The notes under the pieces are model-generated. The model was given only the letters and a program-made list of their open reading frames with translations, searched no databases and was not told the origin of the DNA. From assembly GCF_028641065.1 (NCBI RefSeq), contig NC_073406.1:5518001-5582000 (forward strand): a stretch of 64,000 bases of DNA. Reading direction: 5' to 3'. Both the position numbers and the translations under genes were made by a program. Positions 37,290 to 50,570 of the stretch are shown here, piece by piece; the stretch's first letter is position 1, and every line of letters starts with the position of its first letter. This DNA is from Leucoraja erinacea. Taxonomy: Eukaryota.

Positions 37290-37540
37290 CAAAGCTGCCG
37301 AAGTTGTCGGTCCTTCGGTTGTACCAAGCAATTCTTCTGTCGAGCCACCGACCGGCGAGACATCCCATGGTTAGACACAAAGTGGAGCGGAGCAGAGATC
37401 TATGATCCTTGCGCCGGACAGCCGGCCGACTTCCCGCCTTTCGACTCCTGTGTGAGGGGATCTGCGGAAAACCCCACCCGCCAACCGCGCGCGTGGCTCA
37501 CTCACGTGGCCAGTCCAACGGCTGCTGAAGGGCGAGGTGG
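37290..37540 (+). promoter_or_regulatory. CpG-rich promoter / first exon of the C1orf167-like gene
   Basis: Dense CpG patch not resembling the local repeat families; TTCCCGC (E2F-like) at 37431; CACGTG at 37503; donor GAG/gtgggt after 37536. Confidence 0.55.
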
Positions 37541-38172
37541 GTCTGAGAGGAAGGGTTTGAATTAGGATTGGTTTTGGGGAATAGATTGGGATTGAAGAAG
37601 AGATTAGGATTGGTTTTGACGAAGGGATTGGGGTAGTCTTGGAGGAAGGATTGGCAGAGAGGAAGATGGCAGGGTTTGACAGGTAGAGAATTCAATGAGA
37701 GAGGCAATGAATGAAGGGGGCCGAGGAGGATATCGGAATGCAAGCGATGAATGATGTCTTACACTTAGCCCATTCTTGAGCTACACGGGGACAGTTATAT
37801 GACTGAGCAGTTCTTTATTTTGAGATGGCGAGCATGATTGGAAGGGTGAATGGTTGAAGAAAAAAATTGAGATGCACTGTGTGCTTAATGTGATGAATAT
37901 ATTTAGTAACATTTGTCTGATTGGTAGATAAAGTAAGCTGTGGTCACTAGGTCATTAATGAGGGACAGGCAAAACATTGTCTTGTGCTTAGAGTGCATGA
38001 ACCTTTGTCCCAATTCACTGAATGTCTATGTCATCTGCTTAAAACTTTAGGTGAAGGCATATAATAATTGAGAAAGGAGTTGTGCTGTTCAGTAAGAGCA
38101 ACTCAAGACTTTTGTTTTAATGTTCCATTGCAAATAATTATTTGTGTTTCTTTCAAACAAAACGATCTCCAG

Positions 38173-38210
38173 CCAATGGTGGTGAAGAAACACCTGAGCC
38201 ACAATGTACT
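38173..38210 (+). CDS. Candidate small exon 2 of the C1orf167-like gene
   Basis: ctccag acceptor and gtacgt donor; open in two frames (MVVKKHLSHNVL or ANGGEETPEPQCT), each spliceable in frame to the large exon. Confidence 0.4.
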
Positions 38211-39871
38211 GTACGTAACTGTTCTACAATATATTGTAGCCTAAATTATTAGGCATGATAGAGATTTTCCAATTATCTACTTTGTGTGGCTTTCTTAGAT
38301 TATTTTTAACCAATTATCGTGATCCCCCAACCCATTTATCGACTGTAATTTAATTATTTGCAGTGGGAAGAACGTGAAGCCCAGTTTTACAATGTTTGTG
38401 ACATGCACTGTGGACACAATACACAGTTAGTTGGAGGAACAAGACCTTATTAATTCATGAAAAGAACATTGTTCTTCAATGTTATTGTTTTTTTACATAG
38501 CAAATTGCAAACCATGTAAAGCTGTTTAGCCTAGAGTAAGAAATCTCTGATTGTGTATTGGGACCCCAGTGCTGATGACATTTCTTCATCAAGTTTTTTT
38601 TAATTTTCCAGTGCCTTCAAACTCTATTGGAATCTGAGGAAGTAAATAAACGAAACTCACAGTTGCTGAGGAGTGGGATGACATTTAGAGTCATAGAGTT
38701 ATGCAGCACGCAAACAGGCCAATCGTTCCAATTTGTCCATGCCAACCAAGATGCCCCATCCAAGCTGGTCCGATTTACCCACTCTTGACCCATATCCTTC
38801 TAAACCTTTTTTATCTATGTAACTACAAATGTCTTTTAAATATTGTTATTGTACTTGCCTCAAGTATACGCACCACCCTTTATGAAAAGGTTGGTCCAGA
38901 GGTTCCTATTAAATCTTTTGCTTCTCACCTTAAATCTCTGCCTCCCTAGTTCTTGATTCCCCTACCCTGGGAAAAAGACTATCTATACTTATTATTATTA
39001 TTTTACACAGCTCAATACGATTACCCCTCAAGTTCCAATTTTAGCCTGCCCAACCTCTGCCCTCGGGTCCTGACAATATGCCCCTGGCTGAAAGTTTGTC
39101 ATTTGAGTTGAAGACAAAATGCTTGTGACTCATTTTTTAATTTGAGTTTCTTGAGGACATTTATGCTTCAAGATTCACCAGATGAAGAACAGAAAAAATG
39201 AATGGTCCCGACCTGAAACATTACCTATTTTTCCCCCACAGATGCTGAGTTCGTCCAGAACACTTGTGTTTTGCTCAAGATTCCAACAGTGGCCTGCAGT
39301 TCCGTGCATCTCCTTGATCATTGAAACTTGTGCTCCAGCACATTTCACAATTTGAGTATACATTAGTGGGAATCTTGACCAAAGGACTCAGTAGAATTAG
39401 GATTAGAGCTTCAATCATTGCCTTGTTTGTAGTGAGCACATTATTCATGAACTGCGTTTGATTAATTTTGTATACATCACTGAATTATGAAAAATTATTT
39501 CCCAGAAATTCACCCGTAATTTGTATATGAGTTCTTCGGTGTCTTGCTGTTATTACTCCACTGTTTCTCTGAATTTGAATAGAGTCCTGTTTCTAATCCA
39601 TTTGAGTGAAAAGTATGTAAACAAATAACACAAAGTACTAGAGGAACTCAGCAGGTCAGACAGCATCTGTGGAGGGAATGGACCGGCAACATTACAAGTT
39701 GTGGTCCCCAAACTCAAGAAGGGTCCCAACCTGAAACATTATCTGTTCATTCCCTTCACAGTTGCTGCATGGCCAGCTGAGTTCACGTTAACTCAAGTTA
39801 AAACATAATGGTTTGCTCAAGATTTCAGCATCAGCAGTTTCTTGTGTCTCTAAACAAAAAGCACATTAAGC

Positions 39872-40600
39872 ATCTTCGACGACATCGACGACTGCTTTGG
39901 TGCCACCTCCTGCACCCGCACACAACTGACTGACTTCATCCACTTCACCACTAACTTCCATCCGGCACTCAAATACACCTGGACCATTTCCGACACTTCC
40001 CTACCATTCCTTGACCTCACTATCTCCATTGCAGGTGATAGACTTCTGACCGACATACACTATAAACCCATTGACTCCCATGGCTATCTGGACTACACTT
40101 CTTCCCACCCTGCTTCCTGTAAGGACTCCATCCCCTGGTCTACGCCGCAACGGATGAGGCGTTCCACACCAGGACATCTGAAACATTATTCAAACGGGGG
40201 TTGTCCCCTCCCCACCATAAATGAGGCTCGCACCAGGGTCTCTTCCATACCCCGCAACACTGCTCTCTCTCCCCCTGAAACATTATCTGTCCTCACCTTT
40301 CACCCCACCAGCCGTCACATACAAAAAGTTCCTCCGTCTGCATGGCCAGCTGAGTTCTCACGTTAAAAGACTCAAGTTAAAACTTAATCCCCGGGCACTT
40401 TGCTCAAGATTTGTCACCTCCCCCATCTGTTCAGTTTCTTGCGACAGAGGTTTACCTGCATCTCTAAACAAAGAAGCAGATCATTGAGACATCTTCCAAA
40501 ACTCTTTCCGCAATACCCAAGCACCTCCCGGTGGCTCAGTATTTGACTGATCTGTCCTTTTCCATGGCCACAGCGAGCAACACCGGAAATTGGAAATCTT
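39872..40600 (+). mobile_element. Penelope-like element reverse transcriptase fragment
   Basis: Reading from about 39884: IDDCFGATSCTRTQLTDFIHFTTNFHPALKYTWTISDTSLPFLDLTISIAGDRLLTDIHYKPIDSHGYLDYTSSHPASCKDSIP, a PLE RT (Y)IDD / LPFLD / YKP / LDY.S.HP pattern; downstream part is garbled. Confidence 0.85.
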
Positions 40601-40699
40601 GCTTAAAATAAAGTGCTTTCATACTCAACACTTTCAGTTGTTCTTTCTCACCCTTGTGATTCAGTATTTTTAAGCCTTTTGGTGTTTTCTAGTTTCCAG

Positions 40700-42509
40700 A
40701 AAAATTCAGGAGAATCTGAAGATGAAAATTTGTACAGAGAATGATGGATTATATTATGGCCCACATCCAAGCTTGGTTTGTTCTGGCAATTTCAGACAGA
40801 ATACAACGCAAGCCTGGTTCGAGAGCAATACAAGGCACAATGCAAAAACTATGGCCTTCAACAAGGACATACGCAACCAGCGATTGGTACAAACCAACTT
40901 GACCTGCGTTTCTCAGAGCTATGGGCAGCCAGTGGTGTTTCCACTACCGGCAACAGTTTCACACTGTGGACAGCAATCCAATGTAGAACCCTTCAGACAG
41001 AAGCCTAAACTTGGAAACTCCATGAGGGACAGAGGCAATACAAACTCTATGTCGCTCGTAGAATCCAAGGTTTTACCAACAGAGTGGGGATCATATTCAC
41101 AGGATTCTGAGAGAAATATAAACATTAATCGGAGTAAGGGATCTGCTGAGATTAAGAAAGAAACCCACAGGAAGCAGAAGAAATACTTTCATGGGGATGA
41201 GAATTTGCCTCCAACAAGGTTAAGCAGTCAAGATGTTTGTGGCACATATCTCTCGCACGTCTTTGAGAATCATTATGATTCAATGAGTTTTGATTCTCCA
41301 AATAACGTCAGCCAATCGTTGATAAATGGGCAACCCAATGCACAACGCTCTGTTTTGAAATCATCCCGAACATCTGCAAGTCTGCATCACTCAATGATCA
41401 GGCTCAGTGATAGTGACTATAAAGCAAGACACATTTCAAGCAAAGATGCACACACTAATTTGGCCCACTACCCTTTAGACTATTTACATTTTCCTCTTGG
41501 TAATGAAAGAGAGGAATCTTCAGTAAAAATGTATCCAAATAAAACAAAAAGCCAAGATATATCAAAGACACCGGACTGCGATTGTTCGGTTTTATATAAC
41601 GATTGTCTTCTGAATGATAAATGTTCACATCCTGTGTTGCATGTGCCTGAACTTTGTTCAAATATCAAGAGTTGGTTGTGCCCTCCTGGGCTAACATGCA
41701 TTTATGGCAGACATGAGATTGCTGCCAGTGGTATGATAATTTCTGAATCAGAGGTTTCTGTAGGTGACTGTCACAAAACCTCCCATGTTATTGCCTCTGA
41801 TAGGAAGATCCAGGAAATGACTGGCACACTAACATTTTCCCAAAAGGACATAAAAGGCTTGCATCACCCTTGTGCTTTGCGTCGAACATGTGCAGGTATT
41901 TTATGTTATATTCCAACAAAGTCAATAGACTTGTCTGACTCTGTGATTGAAATGGAGACTAATCGGAGAATGCCAGATGAAGGAAAAAAATCAGGTACTG
42001 AAGACATGTTTTCAAATGACGTGGAAAATGAGAAAATGTTATCAGAAAAGTCTATGGACTCCAGCCTGAAACATCGAGTTAAACCCCGTTATCCTGGCAT
42101 CATTAGTAATATTTACAACAAACACCACAGAACTATGAATGATTTGCGGAAACAGGAGTCTGGCCAAAGCCCAGTTTATGGAGGTCTCTCCCTGGCACCG
42201 TGTGAGAACAATTCAACTTCGGGAGATTTCTGCAGCAAGGAAGAGGGGGAAGAAATACTTGATCTGGAGACCATAGCGGATGAAAACGGAGCAGTGGAAA
42301 TGAATCCAAATTCAGATTATTCAGAGAATTCCACTCCTTGGCGAGGAGAGGGAAATAACGATGGAAAAAACTTTAACATGACAGTGGCAGATAATACAAC
42401 TTCTTTCAGCTGGGAACATGAACCAATCCTAATGGTATCTTTAAAATGTAATGTCACAACAAAGAAGCTCCTGCAAACATTCCCACCGATGGACAGCCAG
42501 ATGTTACAG
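40700..42509 (+). CDS. C1orf167-like large exon (about 600 codons, Ser-rich, probably disordered)
   Basis: 598-aa ORF 40722-42518; acceptor cluster at 40692/40699/40709; CAG/gtaaga donor after 42509. Confidence 0.85.
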
Positions 42510-44418
42510 GTAAGATGATAATAATTGTACAACAAAAATATGACTTCCCAAATCAATTATCTCTTGACTGAAAGTATGAGGTGATGTGATTTGATGAGAG
42601 CTCTTGATTTTGATGAGAGTTTCTGAGCTTGGGTTATGGTGACTTCTCATTTAGTTGCTTCAAATGGGAGAATCTTTCTGTTTATTGGTTATGCTGTTTG
42701 ATTTATTGTGTGCGCTGTGCCGTTCGACATTTGTCATGTCAGAAAAAAAAGTTATGGATGTGGAGAGACTTATTAAGTCTAATCCATTGCATCGTAGATG
42801 AATGTGCTTGATCATTAAGTCAGACAGCACACATTGTGAAGTTTGGAGGAACACTGCAAATTAGACTTCAACTTCAGGATCATAAATATTGCAGTTCAGA
42901 TAAGGTTTATTCAGCCTGTAGATTTTGTGTTGACTTCCTGAAAGAGTTACATAGAGTCATAGAGTATACAGTGTGGAAACAGATCCTTCGGCCCAACTTA
43001 CACTGGTCCTTTACCCTGCTGCAAATGTTTCTCCTTCATGTATTTATCCAACTGAATTTTGAAGGTTATTCCATAAAGCAGAAGCTGAATCTGCTTTAAC
43101 TTCCCATTCAGATAGTGCATTCCTGATTTTCATAGTGACTGAATTTAATAGAAAATTCTCGCACTGCCCGACCTATTATTCAATTGTCAGTCCCCTGAAA
43201 TGTGGTCTATTTACAGATTATTCTGCCACTGGAAACAATTTCTTCTTATTTACTCCTTATGCTTTGTCATTTTCAATACTATGATTAAATCTCTCATTAA
43301 CCGTTCTGTTCCAAGAGAAATCCTATTTTCTACAACATGTAATCCTGGTTCCATTTTTATTAAACTAACTGTGTACTTTTTTTTTTAAAGTCTGTAGTAT
43401 TCATTGTAATCTTCTGTGTTCAGGATTAACACAATTCTCTATCTTTACTGACTTAAACAGAATGTACAATCTGAATTGGGAGTGTTCTGTCAGTGTTTAG
43501 GCCCAAACATTGTGACAGCACTGAATAACTGCACAATTCTTTCTAAGTAGAGTAAGTTTGCAGAACAAGGCAAACAGGGCCTCCCCCCCCTAAATCCTGC
43601 CCAGATATTTAAATGACTTTTAAGACCATGCAATTTAGAGTTAATTAGAATTCATGAGATGAATTATAGATTCATCTCATGAATTGTACACTATATTTGT
43701 TTATTTGCACTGAATTATTGTACTATATTTGTTTATTTATTGAGTATGTTGAATGTGTATGTATACACACTGAACGTTTTTTTTAATCCCGTTCTGTACT
43801 AAGTTTACTTGTTCTGTTGTGCTGCAGCAAGTAAGAATTTCATTGTCTTATCTGGGACATATGACAATAAAACACTCTTCAGTCCTCATTTTTTTCTATG
43901 TCATTGGGTGAAATTTAGGTTGTAGTGTGGATGGGTGGTAGGATCCTTGATTGTTGAATAAATACAGTGGGCTTGGTAATGTTAATGTGTATTAACATTA
44001 ATACTTTGCTGGAATTCCTTGCATGTATGACAATTGACTTTGTAAAATTAGATTCAAAAATATATAATGGGAGCGGCCACTTCAGTTTTTAATTTGTGAA
44101 AACTCTACCAGTCCATAAACATAAATTCATCTCCACAATGCACTTGAATTTGAGTCTATGTTTTGCACAAAATATTTCACCTTGGGATGATAAAAACGTA
44201 CACAAAGATTTTGTAAAACATGTAGATAGGGAGTGAACTTGTCGCCCATCTAACCCCGCATAACTGATAAAATATGCCTGCTGCAAAATCGATGCAAATC
44301 TGTGATCATGATGTAATATGCATAAATGTGATTTTGTCTTAAATTGTTGAACTTTGGCTATATTCCCGTTGGAACGATGGACTGGAATGCCTATTGACTT
44401 GGGTTTTGTTTTTGACAG

Positions 44419-44474
44419 AGAACTAAATATCGAGGATTTTCTTTGGATGATAGGACAAAGATACCCGTGAAAAG
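44419..44474 (+). CDS. C1orf167-like exon
   Basis: tttttgacag acceptor; RTKYRGFSLDDRTKIPVK; AG/gtaaag donor; phase 0 to 2. Confidence 0.75.
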
Positions 44475-45834
44475 GTAAAGCATTGTGTGGGGAATAAGTG
44501 AAAGATATTTAAGACTGCTTGATACAAGTACAGGCAGTTTTCAGTCCCCACCAAAACAGTCAAGACAATAGAGGGTTTGGAAACAGAATTTCAGTTTTAT
44601 TTGCACCAACAGTCTAGAAACCATACAACAAAGGAACAGTTAGGAAAAAATAGATTATATACATCTTATGCATTCTGTAGAATATAGAACTTTAAGGAAT
44701 ACTTTGAAAGGAACTGATATGATAGACACATTTGCTGCTAATGCAGGTGTGTAAGATAATTGAGATAACCTTTAAGCTAGAGCATTAATTATTCAGCAGC
44801 AAAGTTTGGAAATATTTCTTAGTACAAAAATTGGTGAAGCGTGGCACTCACAATTAACATTTAAAATGTGAATTCCACCGACTAATATCAGGAGAAATCT
44901 GGCAGCGTGCAGAACAAACACTTAATTCAAGACTGACACTTTTTGGAACACATTTGCTGATTGTTTAATTCTCATCAACATTTTTAGTTAATGGTAAAGG
45001 ATTATTACAGATCTGTGTGCAGCTAAATTAACAATAAGAGCACAGGAACTGTCTTTGTTAATTACTGTATTTAAGTCAGGTTTAACTAATACCTTTCCAC
45101 AGTTCTGTGCTCCATTTCTTTTAGATCCATGTCACTGATTTGTCAAGAAACATAGTTATATAATAGTGCTATTTTTTTTTACTATTATGCAATTGACATT
45201 TGATTTCTTTTTTTGGTGTGAAATATCATCATGATCATTTCTGGGTAATTTAGCATCATTCCAGGAACATGACCAGATACTACCAGGATGTAAAGGCATT
45301 TAAGAGGATGCAGAGGAGGTTCACCATCTGTTCCAATCCAATTTCTCTGTTGAAGTGTGCAGATTACGTCATCTCTCATGCAACTTTTTTTAGGTTCGCT
45401 CGGACCATGTTGAACAATTGGTCTTCCCATTGGAATGATGGACTGGAATGTCTATTGATTAACTCCCTCAAGTACATTTCATTCTTTGCGCCATTTCCTC
45501 CTTTTCACAACATCCAAACTGATCAGGTAATTCCCACCCCAAAGTCATCCACACACTAGGTTCTGATGAGTCCTATTCTACACCATTGAACACATACATG
45601 TATTGTTTTCCTACCTGTCGACCATGCATCACCAGGTTCTAATTTTCTACTTCTCATCTATAGCAGGGTTCTGACTCTACATCACTCTAACCATCCATGA
45701 TCAGGCTCCAATGCCCCTTTCCCTTGACCAAACATCACTGCTCTGATACCTCATTCTGGATTCAGTGAAGAAAAAGTGCAATAGTGTTTAGTTTTGCTGA
45801 AGGCTTTTAACCTTGGGTGTAATTAAAGTTTGCA

Positions 45835-46415
45835 GTACAATAAACCCTCATTTTAACGGACCGCCTTTTTAATGGATTTCGGTTATAGTGACGGGCCTAC
45901 TGATTCTGTCAGCGCCTCTCCCAGAGAGCCGTTCTTCAGCAGCTGCTGCACCGTCAGGTTGATGCCGTTGCTGTTGCGGCTCGCGTTATAGCCTCTGGGG
46001 CAGCACTTTCTTCGGGCCTCTGCCACTAACAGGACGCACTCAGTCACTGTGGCGCTCCCTCCCCTCTCAACAGCTGTCACTTCTTCCTGTTAGCTGTCAC
46101 TTTGTCCAGTCGGCCTCTCCTCCCATCACCACCACCTCCTCAGATGTCGGCGACTGCGGGGTAGAAGGAGGAGGAGGAGGAGGTGGCGGTGGAGCGGGGA
46201 GCAGACAAAGTGATGGCTGACATGGAGAAGCAGCAGCTGGTGAGAGGGGAGGGAGCCCCATGGTGACTGAGCGTGTCCTGTTGGTGGCGGTGGCCCGAAG
46301 AAAGTGATGTCTCCAGAGGCTACAACGTGAGCTGCAACAACAGCCATGTAAACGGGACCATGCGGTAGCCAGTGAATAAGGGCCCACTGATGCAGACCAG
46401 CTGCATTGGCGCCTA
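45835..46415. repeat. GC-rich insertion with a long internal inverted repeat, possibly a non-autonomous DNA transposon
   Basis: Arms about 45968-46106 and 46204-46345 are reverse complements; left end tacaataaaccctcattttaacgg resembles pogo/Tigger-type termini. Confidence 0.65.
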
Positions 46416-47424
46416 ACTTTAAACTGAAAAGACACAAAGTGCTGGAGTAACTCAGCAGACTGGAACAGTCTGAAAAAAGGTCCATCCCATCAAGTCTTTA
46501 ATTCTATTGACATTAAATTACACGAAGGATCAATTTTGCAGCAACCAAATAACTTACAGGCATGCCTTTAGAATTTCAGAGACAAGTCACAGTGAAATTC
46601 TTTGCATGCATCCCCAAGGTAAGCAAATAGTCGCCACATAGAGGGCGCTTACAAAGTTACAAAGTACCTCCGTGCCAGGTGCCCCTTTGTTCTCTCCCCC
46701 CTCCCCTCCCCCGTCTTATCCCTGATGGCGGTCCCCCCAGGCTGCATCCTCCTTTGTTCCTTTCCACACATACAGCCTCCGAGGTCAGTATTGAACCTGG
46801 GTCTCTAGAGGTGTGAGGCAGCAGCATTACCTGCTGAGCTGCCATTACATTTAAAAAAAGATTTTATGTTGTCAAAATGGAGATTGCAAAGATCTAATTA
46901 ATGTAAGAACCAGTGGCAACATTTAGAAATTTCCGAATGAGTCACAGATGGCAAATTTGTGCTTTAAAGATAATGGAAACTTTCTCTTCAAGTTTAATTA
47001 TCATGTCTTAATTTCATGCAATGCATGAGGGATTGGAATAGTACTAATGTGGTGATATATTATATTTATATTCAGCATTTGGTACTAATAAGTAGTTACA
47101 AGGGTGTAATATAACACAATTTTCTTTCAGACCCAATTTGTTTTACTTATCTCCTGACACTCTTACAATACTGAACCATTATGTAGCAGCTGGAATATCA
47201 TGTCCAGTTCTCCATGCAATATATTAAATTAAGTGTTGGGGTCCTACACTTAAAATTTGTAAGAATTATATCAGGGATGAATGATTTCAGTAAAGTGAAG
47301 AAACATAAGTTGTTCCATGAAAGCTTAAGAAGAGAATTAATAGGAGTTTTCAAACGCATGAAAGATTTTGATAGAATAAATGTGGAGAACCTGTTTCCAG
47401 TAATAAAAGTGGATGAACACAGAT

Positions 47425-47720
47425 TTACACGGCCAGCACAGTTACGCAGCTGGTAGAGCTGCCTCACAGTGTTAGAGAATGGGTTCAATCCTGACCTTGG
47501 GTGCTGTCTGTATGGAATTTGCAGGTTTTCCATGTGACTGTGTGTGTTTCCTCTGGATTCTCTGGTTTCCTCCCATATCCGAAAAGACGGCGGGCTTGTA
47601 GGCTAATCAGCCTCTGTAAATTGCCCCCAGTGTGTGAGGAATGAATGAGAAAGTGGGGTAACATAGAATGAGTGTGAATCAGTTGGTGGGCCAAAGGGCC
47701 TGTTTCCATGCTGTATCTTT
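47425..47720 (+). mobile_element. HE1-like V-SINE
   Basis: tRNA-like head (gcagctggtagagctgcctcacag...gggttcaatcc), V-domain tgtatggaatttgcaggttttccatgtg, tail gggcctgtttccatgctgtatc. Confidence 0.8.
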
Positions 47721-49388
47721 AAAAATATATATCAGTTGGCAAGTAACAGCTCTATATTACCAAAACCAAAATCACACCCAGCAAAATGTCTCTTTTGAGT
47801 TCATGGCTTTGAAAGATGTTGCACACAACCTACGGAAATGAAGCATTTGTGTGAACACTGAGAACCATTTGAAAGATGATTTAGTCAGCATCTCATTCCC
47901 ATCTCAGTTGGACTTGCTTAAGTGTTTCTTTTAAGTGAAGCATTTGCAACAACTGCTGTTAGTCTGTGTCTGCTTCCCGCTGTAACAACACAGGGTCAGT
48001 GGGACGTCTCTTGTACTTTTGCGTTTCTATGGAGATGAGTACAGATGGGGCTCAGCGGGTTAGGAGTAGTCTGATGTAGAATAAATCACGCAATGTGGTA
48101 GATTTATGTGCTTAAGGAGAGTGTAATGGAAAGATCAGAAAAATTTGACTGCAGTCAAACCTGACAGACTTCACAATTAGATTAAAATTTGTTTGGGGTT
48201 CAATATTGCAGAAGATTTATGATGTATATTCTGAAAAATCATTTAAATCAATTTAGAAGTGGCAAACAGTTTGAAAATATTTTTTTTATACACTCATCAA
48301 AATCATGAGGAATTTTAAGAAACACCTATATAATCCCGACAGAGTCAGTGTAACAATAAACTATGAATGTCAAATTATTATTTTTTACTCGTAAATCCGA
48401 ATTGCATGCAAAAGTGGAGGCATTGCATTTTGTTGTTCAAAAAATAGTGTAAAGAGGGAATGGGGAAAGAAATCATTCACTACTAAACACCTTTCACAAT
48501 AGGCACTGTTGCAATCAAACCATCAAATATTGACTGCAGTTTAAGGTTTTTGCAAATGGAAAATACTGGAGATGCTGGAAACCTGAAGGAAGACAAAAAA
48601 ATGCTGAATATACTAGGAGGTTGGGCAGCTTCTCTGGAGAGCGAAACAAATTAACATTTCAGTCAATGCTTTTTATTCATTAGAAACTGTTTCTGAAGAA
48701 TGGTGTAGGAAGGAACTGCAAATACTGGTTTACACCAAAGATAGACACAAAATGCTGGAGTAGTCACAGGCCAATACACTATTTCTGCCTTTAGAGATGC
48801 TTGACACTTTGAGGTCACATGTTGACTGGTTGTACACCAACTTGATAATGAACTAGCCTGCTGGATGTACAGTTTTGCAAAAATCGGACCTTTAATGATT
48901 CAGTTTATCTTCCATTGTCCAGTTGAGTGGAAATTAGTTCAGGACCTCAGAAAGATATGGGAACCTCGTGGTATTGCTGTGAAATTATATTCTGCACTAA
49001 CATCAAACCCTAGTGCAATGAATAGAACAAAGGAAAAGATACAGAATGCAGAATATAGTTCTCAGTATCGTACCGCACTACGTCTTGTACTTATGTATGG
49101 CTTGATTGTGTTAATAGATAATATGATTCAATTGGATAGCCGGCAAACAATGTATTTTTAATGTATCTTGTACAAGTGACAATAATAAACCAATACCAAC
49201 CTGAATTTCACCAAGAGATCGCACTTTCAGAAGGAGGAAGAAAACTGGCTTCAGCAGGCGAGAAAAGGCGATTCAGTTTCATTTAAAAGTTTGATTGAAT
49301 ATTGGTGGCAAAGTAGGGATACATTATTCACCTTGAGCATGGAGCTATGTGTGTGTGTGTAAATGATTCTGACATTTGTTTCTTTTAG

Positions 49389-49608
49389 CTATTTAAAACC
49401 ATGTCACAAAAGGCTTCTTTCACGGTGCCTTTGTGCTTGGCGCAATGCTACGCAACAGCATTATGCTTCAGCTATATCACTACAGAAACATCAGTTGCTG
49501 AGGAAAGGACTACATGCGTTGTACTGGGCAGTACAGTTCACCCAAATGCAGAAGGAACTTTTGGAGAGAAGGCAATACAGACAAGTCTTGGCTCATTGCT
49601 TTAACCAA
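49389..49608 (+). CDS. C1orf167-like exon
   Basis: tcttttag acceptor; YLKPCHKRLLSRCLCAWR...VLAHCFNQ; CAA/gtgagt donor; phase 2 to 0. Confidence 0.85.
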
Positions 49609-49794
49609 GTGAGTGTTATCAGAATCATGGAGAGTTAGCAAGTGGGAACATGGGCTGTCCCTCACAAATATTGTAAGCTTAACTTTAATTATCTTTGTTA
49701 GCGGGTCACGCCTCTCCCTTTGATAAAATGTCGAAGTGTAGATGAGTGAGATGCTAGTTTTTGGATGGGGATTCTAATTTATACTCACACTCTG

Positions 49795-50570
49795 CCATTC
49801 AAGAGTCAAGAGCATTTTATTTTTATGCATATAAAGGAACAATTATTTTTTTCCTTGCAGCAGCAAAATAGGTTTATAAACACATTACTCAATAGATTAT
49901 ACAATAAACAAACAAAAAAATGAAGATCAATAAATTAAAAAAAACAATGCAGTGCAAAACAAAAACAAAGCCCGAAGTCCCCAGTAAAACCAAGGCAGTT
50001 CTTAGTTTAGTTGAAGTTCGTAGTGCTCAATAGCCTGATGGTTGTTGGGAAGAAGTTGTTCCTGAACCTGGACGTTAAAGTTGCTATACCTTCTTCCCAA
50101 TGGCAGAAGTGAAATAAGTCTGTAGCCAGGATGGTGTGAGCCATTGATGATGTTGGCTGTCTTTTTGAGGCAGCACCTTTTATAGATTCCTTCAATGGTG
50201 GGGAGGAATGATGGAACAGGCAGTGTTCACTTTTTATAATCTCCTTTGTTCCTGGGTGTTTAAATTGCTGAGCCAGGCCGTGATACAACCAGTCAATATG
50301 CTCTCCACCATACACATGTGGAAGTTCAATAATTTGGTGACATACCAAATGTCCACAATTTTCTAAGGAAGTAGAGGCATTGATGGGCTTTTTAAAATTA
50401 TATCATCAATATGCTAGATCCAGGACAGATCTTCAGAGATAGACATGCCCAGGAACTTGTTGATTCTCTCCATCACCGAAACGTTGTTGAAGACTGGTTT
50501 ATGGATGTTCAGCCTTCCTCTTTTAAAATCAACAATAAGTTCATAGGTTTTGCTGACGTTGAGAGCAAGG
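49795..50570 (-). mobile_element. Rex1/Babar-like LINE 3' fragment
   Basis: Minus ORF ending TSRFRNNFFPTTIRLL; colinear with 34310-35400. Confidence 0.72.

Noticed and set aside
37555-37660. NPN-repeat ORF on the minus strand
   Set aside because: Short (gattag/gattgg)-type tandem repeat at the start of an intron, not coding.
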